DNA from: Gemmatimonadota bacterium
GTDB lineage: Bacteria > Gemmatimonadota > Gemmatimonadetes > Gemmatimonadales > JACORV01
Assembly: GCA_041484135.1 (NCBI GenBank)
Contig: JBGPHD010000001.1
Location: 844 to 64,843, forward strand
Length of the DNA: 64,000 bases
Reading direction: 5' to 3'
The stretch's first letter is position 1; the number at the start of each line of letters is the position of its first letter. Positions 57,041-64,000 of the stretch are shown piece by piece. The position numbers and the translations under genes were made by a program. Below the pieces are notes generated by a model that saw nothing but the letters and a program-made list of their open reading frames with translations, ran no database searches and was not told the DNA's origin.

Positions 57041-60000
57041 GGCTGCGGCACGCCCGCGTGGTGCCCGCCGTCCTCTTCATTCTCGCTCTCATCCTGTCTC
57101 CGGTGGGCATCGCGCGCGCGCAGGGCGCGCGCGACTCCCTCCGGGCGGGCCACGCGGCCTACGACCGCGCCGACTTCACGAACGCGGCACGGCTCCTCGC
57201 GGCCGGTCTCGACCCCGCCGCCGGCCCGCGTGACAGCCTCTGGATCTCCGGCGTTCACAAGCTGACCGACGCGTTGCTCGAGCTTCAGCGCGACACCCTC
57301 GCCGGCCTCTGGCTCCGCTGGGCCAACCGGGTGGCGCCGGGCTTCGCGGTGGACTCGAACAACTTCACGCCGCGGGTCACCTCCGCGATCCTCGCCGCAC
57401 GGGCCGCGCTCCGCCCGGTGGGCGACGACAGCCTGGTCGAGACGACGTGGGAGTTCACCGGGGAGACCTCGCCGGGCCGGGGCGCGCTGCGCGTCCAACG
57501 CGGCCCGGTCAACTTCGTGGGCGCCGCCATCGACAGCGTCATCACGGCGCTGCCGGGCGAGCGGACGACGCTGGCCGCCGGCATCCACACCGTCCGGGTG
57601 GCGGAGACCGGGTACCGTCCCGTGCGCGTGGCGCGCGAGGTCCTGCCCGGTGTGACCACGAACGTCCGCGTCCGGCTGGTACGGATCGCCCCGGCGCCGG
57701 TCGTGCCGCCCGTGGCGGTCAACGGAACGCCCGCCACCCCGGCGACGCCCGTCACCGTCAGCGGGCCAACCCTGAGCGCCGGCGGCGGCGCCACATGCGA
57801 CGCGTTAGGCGCGGGGACCTTCTGCTGGGGCGCCAACGGGGCCGGCCAGCTCGGCGCGGGGACGAACGAGGCCCTCGTGGCGCCGGTCCTCGTCGCGGGG
57901 ACCCAGGTCTTCGTGACCGTGAGCATGGGGACGTCGCACGCCTGCGCGCTCAACCGCACCGGCAACGCGTTCTGCTGGGGCGCGAACGCCGCCGGCCAGC
58001 TCGGCAGCGGGCAGACCACCAACAGCGCCTCCCCGGTGGCCGTCGCCGGCACCCAGGTCTTCCAGGCCATCGCGGTCGGCGCCGCCCATAGCTGCGGCCT
58101 CACCGCCGCCGGCGCGGTGTTCTGCTGGGGCGCGAACACCGCCGGCCAGCTCGGGACCCGCACCACCACCAACAGCAACATCCCCGTGGCCGTGCCCCTC
58201 GCCGCGGGCCTCTCGTTCCGGTCGATCGTGGCGGCGGGCGGACACACCTGCGCGCTCACCGCCGCCGGAGCCGCTTGGTGCTGGGGCTCCAACACCAACG
58301 GTGAGCTGGGCATCGGGACCGTGGCCAACGCCAACACCCCGACCGCCGTGGCCGGCGGCGTGGTCTTCAAGGCGCTCACGGCGGGCACCAATCACACCTG
58401 CGGCCTCACCCGCGAGGGCGCCGCGCACTGCTGGGGCTCGAACGCGAACGGCCAGCTCGGCGTCGGGCCGATGTCCGCGAGCCCCCGGCCCGCGCCGGTC
58501 CAGGACGCGCTCGTCTTCCAGAGCCTCCAGGCCGGCGAGGCCCACACCTGCGGCATCACGACCACCGGCGCCACCTATTGCTGGGGCGCCAACCGCTCCG
58601 GGCAGCTCGGCAACGGCCAGACCGCCGACAGCCCGAGGCCGGTGGTGGTGGCGGGGGGCCAGACCTTCGTCGCGCTCGCAGCGGGGACCGCGCACTCCTG
58701 CGGCGCCACCGCGGAGGGCGTGGTCTGGTGCTGGGGCGACAACGCGTCCTCGCAGCTGGGGCAGATGGCGGGCAGGACGAGCGGTGCCGCCGTGCCCATC
58801 GTCACGCGGACGACCGCGCGGGCGGGCGGCACGGTGCTCCCGGTCAACGCGTGGAACGCGCTGCGGATCCCGGCCCCGGTGCGCCTCGAGCGTGTCTGGG
58901 CCGCGCCCGGCGGCGCGGGCGGCCAGTACGCGGTGGGCGAGCGCGGGACCATCGTGCGCTCCACCGACGGCGCCACCTGGACGCCGATGACCAGCGGCTC
59001 GAGCCTGCCGCTCTTCACCGTGTGGGGGGCCTCGGCCACCGACGTGTTCGCGGGGGGCGAGAGCGGCACGGTGCTGCGGTTCGACGGCCGCGCGTGGACC
59101 TCGGTGCGCTCGGGTGACGCGGGCGAGGCGATCTACGAGCTGTGGGGCACCGACGCCTCGTGCGTGTACGGCGTGGGGCGGCACGGGCTCGTGGTCAAGT
59201 TCGACGGCTCGAGGTGGCGGACCATCCCGAGCGGCACGACCCAGGACCTCTGGGGCGTGTGGGGCGCCTCGTGCAACGACGTCATCGCGGTGGGAGCCGC
59301 CGGCACCATCCTCCGGATCGACGGCACCGCGGCGCGCGCGATGCCGAGCGGCACGACCCAGCTGCTCGAATCGGTGTGGGGCACCTCGGCGACCAACGCG
59401 ATCGCCGTCGGCGACGGCGGCACCGTGGTGCGCCTCCTCGGCGCGGCGTGGGCCGCGATGCCGGGCGTCACGACCCAGAGCCTCCTCGGGGTGGCCGGAT
59501 CGTCCTCCACCGACGTCTACGCGGTCGGCGCGGGCGGGACGATCCTCCGGTTCAACGGATCGTCGTGGAGCGCGCTCACCAGCGGCAGCACGCAGACGCT
59601 CTGGAGCGTGGTCGCGGCCGGTGACGGGTCGGTCTATGCCTCGGGAGACGCCGGCACCATCCTCAAGGGCACCCGCGGCGCGGCGGCGATCGGTGCGAGC
59701 GTGCGGGAGGACTTCGCGGACGGCAACTACACCGCCGGCCCGGTCTGGACCCCCGACAGCACCGCCGGCGTCCGGCTCGAGGTCGTGGGCGGCGAGGCGC
59801 ACGTGGCGCGTGCCGGCTCGCGCGGCATCACCGGCACGGCGGGGCTCACGCTCGCCATGCTCGCCCCCGTGACGCCGGCGACCGCCATCCAGTTCGACGT
59901 CAAGGTAGGCGCGAGCGGCGTGCCGAACGGATGCGGCCTCAACTGCGCCGCGTATCCGGCCGTGGTGCGGGTGCGGGTCCGCAACAACAACCAGACCGAG

Positions 60001-60594
60001 TCCGAGGCGTGGTACGCCTTCAACGACGACGGCGGCCGCAGCCAGAGCCTCGCCAACGTCGTGATCGTGGCGCGCGGCGACGCGCCGGCCGGCCAGTGGC
60101 TCCGCAACCAGCGGTTCGTGATCCGGGAGGCGCTGCCCCGCGCCGACTCGATCATCCAGGTCTCGCTGGGGGGCGTCGGCACCGACTTCGACGGCTGGTT
60201 CGACAACCTCGTGTTTCCGGCGCCGGTCGTGGAGGCGCCGCCCCCGCCGCCGGTCCAGCCGGTGGCCCCGCCCCAGCCGGCCGGCCCGGTGCTCACCACC
60301 GTGGTCGTCACCCCGGACACCGCGACCTTCGTGGAGGCCGGCGCCACGCGGCGCCTCGCCGCGAGCGGCCAGGACCAGAGCGGCGCGCCGATGAGCTTGG
60401 CGCAGCCGGTGGTCTGGTCCAGCAGCGACACGGCGGTCGCGCTGGTGACCCCGACGGGACTCGTGATGGGAGTGACGAACGGGACGGCGACGATCCGGGC
60501 CAGGGTCGGCACGGTGACCGGGACGGCCACGGTGACGGTGCGGCTCCCGCGCGGCCGGCCCACCCGCCGGCCCACGCGCAGGCCTTCACCCTAA
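57037..60594 (+). CDS. Secreted multidomain protein: PEGA, 7-blade RCC1 propeller, second 7-blade propeller, jelly-roll-like domain, Big_2
   Basis: 1185 aa. The GTG overlaps the kinase TGA (GTGA). Signal VVPAVLFILALILSPVGIARAQG. Seven CWGxNxxGQLG repeats. Seven GxxGT(I/V)(L/V)RxDGxxW blades. C-terminal VVVTPDTATFVEAGATRRLAASGQDQSGAP...GTATIRARVG (Big_2). Confidence 0.8.
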   Translation: MRLRHARVVPAVLFILALILSPVGIARAQGARDSLRAGHAAYDRADFTNAARLLAAGLDPAAGPRDSLWISGVHKLTDALLELQRDTLAGLWLRWANRVAPGFAVDSNNFTPRVTSAILAARAALRPVGDDSLVETTWEFTGETSPGRGALRVQRGPVNFVGAAIDSVITALPGERTTLAAGIHTVRVAETGYRPVRVAREVLPGVTTNVRVRLVRIAPAPVVPPVAVNGTPATPATPVTVSGPTLSAGGGATCDALGAGTFCWGANGAGQLGAGTNEALVAPVLVAGTQVFVTVSMGTSHACALNRTGNAFCWGANAAGQLGSGQTTNSASPVAVAGTQVFQAIAVGAAHSCGLTAAGAVFCWGANTAGQLGTRTTTNSNIPVAVPLAAGLSFRSIVAAGGHTCALTAAGAAWCWGSNTNGELGIGTVANANTPTAVAGGVVFKALTAGTNHTCGLTREGAAHCWGSNANGQLGVGPMSASPRPAPVQDALVFQSLQAGEAHTCGITTTGATYCWGANRSGQLGNGQTADSPRPVVVAGGQTFVALAAGTAHSCGATAEGVVWCWGDNASSQLGQMAGRTSGAAVPIVTRTTARAGGTVLPVNAWNALRIPAPVRLERVWAAPGGAGGQYAVGERGTIVRSTDGATWTPMTSGSSLPLFTVWGASATDVFAGGESGTVLRFDGRAWTSVRSGDAGEAIYELWGTDASCVYGVGRHGLVVKFDGSRWRTIPSGTTQDLWGVWGASCNDVIAVGAAGTILRIDGTAARAMPSGTTQLLESVWGTSATNAIAVGDGGTVVRLLGAAWAAMPGVTTQSLLGVAGSSSTDVYAVGAGGTILRFNGSSWSALTSGSTQTLWSVVAAGDGSVYASGDAGTILKGTRGAAAIGASVREDFADGNYTAGPVWTPDSTAGVRLEVVGGEAHVARAGSRGITGTAGLTLAMLAPVTPATAIQFDVKVGASGVPNGCGLNCAAYPAVVRVRVRNNNQTESEAWYAFNDDGGRSQSLANVVIVARGDAPAGQWLRNQRFVIREALPRADSIIQVSLGGVGTDFDGWFDNLVFPAPVVEAPPPPPVQPVAPPQPAGPVLTTVVVTPDTATFVEAGATRRLAASGQDQSGAPMSLAQPVVWSSSDTAVALVTPTGLVMGVTNGTATIRARVGTVTGTATVTVRLPRGRPTRRPTRRPSP
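57790..58800 (+). repeat. Seven tandem RCC1-type coding repeats, period about 150 nt
   Basis: Recurrent tgctggggc(g/t)c(c/g)aac...ggccagctcgg near 57823, 57973, 58123, 58279, 58432, 58580 and 58730. Confidence 0.8.
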
Positions 60595-60606
60595 CGCAGC
60601 TGCTTC

Positions 60607-61902
60607 CTAGTGGGAGCCGTGCGCGTGCTTGCGCCGCTCTCCCCGCTCCAGGTAGGTCGGGCTGACGATCGGGAACCGTTCCGCGAACCACGCATGCGAC
60701 AGCCCCCACACGCCGAAGAACCCCGCCGTGACCAGCAGCTCCTGCCAACCTAACGGCGCTCGCGTCGCGCTCTGCGTGATGGACGGCGCCACCATCACGT
60801 AGCGGTCGAGCCAGAGGCCGCCCAGCGAGACCAGCGCGAAGACCGTGAAGATCGCCGGCGTCTGCTTCGGCTTGGCGCCGATCAGGCCCCAGAACGGCAC
60901 CAGGAAGACCAGCACCACCATCGTCGTCGAGATGGTCCGCCACGCCGGCGTGGCCATCCGCAGGAAGAGGAAGCTCGTCTCTTCCGGCATGTTGCCGTAC
61001 CAGATGACGAGGAATTGCGAAAAAAACAGGTACGCCCAGAACACGGTGAAGCCGAAGCACAGCTTGCCGATGTCGTGGAGCGTCGCGGTGGTGATCAGGG
61101 ACTCGAGCTGGAGGTGCCGGCGCCAGAACATGGTGAGGAGCGCCAGCGACATGAGCCCCGCCAGCCACGACGCCATGAAGAAGGAGCCGCCGAGCAGGTT
61201 GGACACCCAGTGCGGCGCGAGCGACATGATGAGGTCGAAGGCCAGCAGGCTCATCACCACCGCATAGACCAGGATCAGCGCCGGGGCGATGTAGTTCTGG
61301 CGCTCTTCGGAGAAGTCGGCGCCGCGGCCCGGCTGGTCGGAGCCGCGCGCGAGCCACGCGTAGAGCTTCCGGACCCGTTCCGGGGCCCCCGCCTGGAGGA
61401 GCGCCGCGTCGGGCCTGAGCGAGTGATAGAGGAACCAGAAGCTGATCCCGTAGAGCAGCAGCATGCCGGCGATGTCGCGGCCGAACATGAACCCGCCGCG
61501 AAGCCAGAACGCCTTGACGGCAGGCTCGGCGATGGGCGCGGCGATCCACGGGAAGATCTGCGCCCGGCCGATCCACAGCACCAGGAACAGCACGAACGAG
61601 ACCGGCAGGAACGCCGCCTGCGCCTCGGCGATGCGGCGGACGTTGTAGCTCCACCGCCCCTTGGCGGTCTTGACGACGGCGCTGAAGAGCAGGCCGCCCT
61701 GCGCCAGGCCGGTCCAATAGAGCCAGTTGATGTGATAGGCGCGCCAGGCCCGCGCCGAGTCGGCGCCCAGGGCGAGGAGGATGAAGGTCGCCGCTCCGAC
61801 GAGCGCCGTCCCATAGCAGAGCGGGCGCACCCAGCCCGGCAGGGGCCGGTCGAGCCGGCGCAGGACGGCGTCGCGGCCCAGGATCGCGTGGTCGCTCATC
61901 AC
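60607..61902 (-). CDS. actF: Alternative complex III subunit ActF (NrfD-like membrane protein)
   Basis: 431 aa with about 10 TM segments. GTGATGA junction with the preceding cytochrome gene. Position after actC-D-E plus NrfD-like helices (HINWLYWTGLAQGG, FGFTVFWAYLFFSQFLVIWYGNMPEE). Confidence 0.8.
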   Translation of the reverse strand: MMSDHAILGRDAVLRRLDRPLPGWVRPLCYGTALVGAATFILLALGADSARAWRAYHINWLYWTGLAQGGLLFSAVVKTAKGRWSYNVRRIAEAQAAFLPVSFVLFLVLWIGRAQIFPWIAAPIAEPAVKAFWLRGGFMFGRDIAGMLLLYGISFWFLYHSLRPDAALLQAGAPERVRKLYAWLARGSDQPGRGADFSEERQNYIAPALILVYAVVMSLLAFDLIMSLAPHWVSNLLGGSFFMASWLAGLMSLALLTMFWRRHLQLESLITTATLHDIGKLCFGFTVFWAYLFFSQFLVIWYGNMPEETSFLFLRMATPAWRTISTTMVVLVFLVPFWGLIGAKPKQTPAIFTVFALVSLGGLWLDRYVMVAPSITQSATRAPLGWQELLVTAGFFGVWGLSHAWFAERFPIVSPTYLERGERRKHAHGSH

Positions 61903-62441
61903 ATGCCCTGCAGCTGCCGCACGTAGTTCACGACGTGCCAGCGGTCCACGCCGCGGATCTTGTCGCCGTAGCGCGGCATGATGCCGCGGCCCTGGCGGAT
62001 CATCGCGTAGAGGTAGCCGTCGCTGCGCTGCTTGGTCATGTCGGTGACGAGCGGCGGGACGTAGCCCATCTTGCCCGCCACCGTGCCGTCGCCGGCCCCC
62101 GCCGGGCCGTGGCAGACGATGCAGTAGGTGTCGTAGATGCGGCGGCCTCGCGTCAGCGAGGCGGTCGTGCGGGCGGCCGGGTTCACGATCTGCCTGAGAT
62201 CGGTGGAGATGTCGAGCGAGTCCTCATGACCGGTCACGGGCACCGAGCCCACCGGCAGGGTGAGGGGGCGCGCCGCGCCGGGCGGCGCCTCGAAGGGCCG
62301 CGTCACCACCTGGTCCCGCATGGTGGTGAACCACGGCACCTTGCCGACCGCGTTGTCGAGCGTGGTGCATCCCGCCGCGCCGAGCGCCAGGCACACGGCG
62401 AGCGCCCCGCGCCCCGCGCCCCGCCCCGGCCGCTCAGACAT
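61899..62441 (-). CDS. actE: Alternative complex III monoheme cytochrome c lipoprotein ActE
   Basis: 180 aa. Lipobox LGAAGC. Single heme motif CIVCHG. Distal MPRYG. Confidence 0.8.
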   Translation of the reverse strand: MSERPGRGAGRGALAVCLALGAAGCTTLDNAVGKVPWFTTMRDQVVTRPFEAPPGAARPLTLPVGSVPVTGHEDSLDISTDLRQIVNPAARTTASLTRGRRIYDTYCIVCHGPAGAGDGTVAGKMGYVPPLVTDMTKQRSDGYLYAMIRQGRGIMPRYGDKIRGVDRWHVVNYVRQLQGM

Positions 62442-62958
62442 CGTTCACCTCTTCGGCGCCCGCGGCCCGCATGATGGACTCGGCCGTGGCCACCTGCGCC
62501 GGCCCACCGAAGGCCACGATGCCGAACTTGTCGTTGCTGAAGCGCGGATCGTAGCCGGCGGCGCGGCGGAGCTTGGGGAGCCGCGCGTTGATGAACATGC
62601 CCGCCACCGTGGACAGTGCACCGATCAGGATGGTGCACTCGAAGCCGATGATCACGAAGGGCGGGAGCGAGACGATCGGCTTGCCGCCGGTGACCAGCTC
62701 CCAGTCGAGGGACGTCGAGATCGCGTACGCGAAGCCGAGCGCGCAGCCCGTCAAGCCGCCCACCAAGGTGAAGAGCCGCACCGGGCTCTCCTTCTTCGCC
62801 AGCACCTCGTCGAACTCGTGGCACGGCGCGGGTGCGTAGGTCGTGAGGTTGGCGTAGTCGTGCGCCTTGAGCTCGCGCAGCGCGAGGACCGCCGCGTCGA
62901 GGGATCCGAAGACGCCCACCACGCCCGGGCGGCTGGAGGTCACGGGAGGCGTGGCCAT
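62434..62958 (-). CDS. actD: Alternative complex III subunit ActD (DUF3341-like)
   Basis: Trimmed to the ATG at 62958, which shares one nt with the actC stop (TGATG). 174 aa. GVVGVFGSLDAAVLALRELKAHDY, then two TM helices. Confidence 0.75.
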   Translation of the reverse strand: MATPPVTSSRPGVVGVFGSLDAAVLALRELKAHDYANLTTYAPAPCHEFDEVLAKKESPVRLFTLVGGLTGCALGFAYAISTSLDWELVTGGKPIVSLPPFVIIGFECTILIGALSTVAGMFINARLPKLRRAAGYDPRFSNDKFGIVAFGGPAQVATAESIMRAAGAEEVNDV

Positions 62959-64000
62959 CAGTGCGCCCCTCCCGCCCGCTTCGTCCCGGGCGGCGGCAGC
63001 GACTCCTTGATCTCGGAGATCGCCATCGACGGGAAGAACTTGATGAACAGCATGAACCACATCGAGAACCAGCAGAAGCTCCCCAGGATGATCCCCAGCT
63101 CGTTCCAGTTGGGCCGGTAATACGCCCACTGCCACGGCTCGAACTCATGCGAGAGGCTCGTCACGATGATGACGAACCGCTCGAACCACATCCCGATGTT
63201 GATGAAGATCGAGATGACGAACAGGGTCGGGATGCTGGTGCGGATCTTCTTGAACCAGAGCAGCTGCGGGATGAAGGAATTGCACGTGATCATCGTCCAC
63301 GTGGCCCACCAGTAGTCCCCGAAGGCGCGGTTGTAGAACGTGGCGCGCTCGATGGGGTTCCCGCTGTACCAGGCGACGAAGTACTCGGTGGCGTAGGCAT
63401 AGGTCACGATCGACGCCGTCAGCAGGCACAGCTTGGCCAGGTTCTCGAAGTGCCGCACCTGGAGGTAGCGCTCGAGCTGGAACGCCTTGCGGAGCGGCAC
63501 CAGGATCGTGATCACCATGCCGCAGCCCGAGTAGATCGCGCCCGCCACGAAGTAGGGCGCGAAGATCGTGGCGTGCCAGCCGGGCACGATCCCCATCGCG
63601 AAATCCCACGACACCACGCTGTGCACCGAGAGCACCAGCGGCGTGGAGAGCGCGGCGAGGAACAGGTACATCCGCATGAAGTGATGCCACTCGCGGTCCG
63701 AGTTGCGCCACCCGAACGAGAGGATCCCGTAGAGCTTCCGGCGCCACCCCACCGCCTGGTCCCGCACCGCGGCGATGTCGGGGATGAGCCCCATGAACAG
63801 GAACGTCGCCGACACGGTGAGGTACGTGGAGATGGCGAAGACGTCCCAGACCAGCGGCGACTTGAAGTTGGCCCAGAGGCCGCGGGTGTTGGGATACGGG
63901 AAGACCCAGTAGGCGAACCACGCGCGGCCCAGGTGCAGCACCGGGAAGAGGCCGGCGGTCATCACCGCGAAGACCGTCATCGCCTCCGCGGCGCGGTACA
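62958..64000 (-). CDS. actC: Alternative complex III subunit ActC (NrfD/PsrC-like quinol-interacting membrane protein), C-terminal 347 codons; runs off the right edge
   Basis: The frame stays open to 64000 (YRAAEAMTVFAVMTAG...). LHLGRAWFAYWVFPYPN, WDVFAISTY, HATIFAPYFVAGAIYSG, NIGMWFERFVIIV are NrfD-family stretches. Confidence 0.85.
   Translation of the reverse strand, partial: YRAAEAMTVFAVMTAGLFPVLHLGRAWFAYWVFPYPNTRGLWANFKSPLVWDVFAISTYLTVSATFLFMGLIPDIAAVRDQAVGWRRKLYGILSFGWRNSDREWHHFMRMYLFLAALSTPLVLSVHSVVSWDFAMGIVPGWHATIFAPYFVAGAIYSGCGMVITILVPLRKAFQLERYLQVRHFENLAKLCLLTASIVTYAYATEYFVAWYSGNPIERATFYNRAFGDYWWATWTMITCNSFIPQLLWFKKIRTSIPTLFVISIFINIGMWFERFVIIVTSLSHEFEPWQWAYYRPNWNELGIILGSFCWFSMWFMLFIKFFPSMAISEIKESLPPPGTKRAGGAH

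Overview
Very GC-rich (by eye roughly 70 percent, not computed), tightly packed bacterial chromosomal segment. I support about 53 protein-coding genes and one tRNA-Ala(UGC). I saw no rRNA, CRISPR array, transposase, integrase or phage genes. Stop codons are so rare that the six-frame track is dominated by long Arg/Gly/Pro-rich shadow ORFs. I kept only frames whose translations look like real proteins, and I re-trimmed many N-termini, often to GTG/TTG starts that overlap the upstream stop as ATGA/GTGA. Gene order, left to right: (1) two amino-acid transporters; (2) a TonB-ExbB-ExbD-ExbD-TonB block; (3) a HK-RR-HK two-component operon; (4) an ECF sigma with an RsrA-like zinc anti-sigma; (5) a TAT-signal class V aminotransferase; (6) an operon of a zinc-ribbon/TPR Ser/Thr kinase plus two cytoplasmic six-hairpin glycosidase-like enzymes; (7) an NHL lipoprotein and two tandemly duplicated PD40 lipoproteins, back to back with a TonB-dependent receptor; (8) a peroxiredoxin; (9) five complex I membrane-subunit homologues (A, H, J, K, N only) starting 5 nt after the tRNA; (10) a binding-protein/hybrid-kinase pair; (11) S9 and M6 peptidases; (12) a putative sphingolipid cluster (spt, GNAT, SDR, PAP2-like); (13) a 2TM RCK K+ channel; (14) a VIT-vWA protein with ECF sigma/anti-sigma; (15) a second Ser/Thr kinase translationally coupled to a 1185-aa RCC1 + second beta-propeller + Big_2 protein; (16) the actC-D-E-F part of alternative complex III, running off the right edge. 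The content suggests Gemmatimonadota or a similar high-GC Gram-negative lineage (inference only). Most interesting: the orphan complex I membrane-arm module with apparently degenerate catalytic residues; the tRNA-mRNA junction in front of it; the ceramide-like lipid cluster; an ECF sigma gene with no canonical start codon lying in frame behind a single TAA; and a GCGTTGAA repeat/hairpin element.
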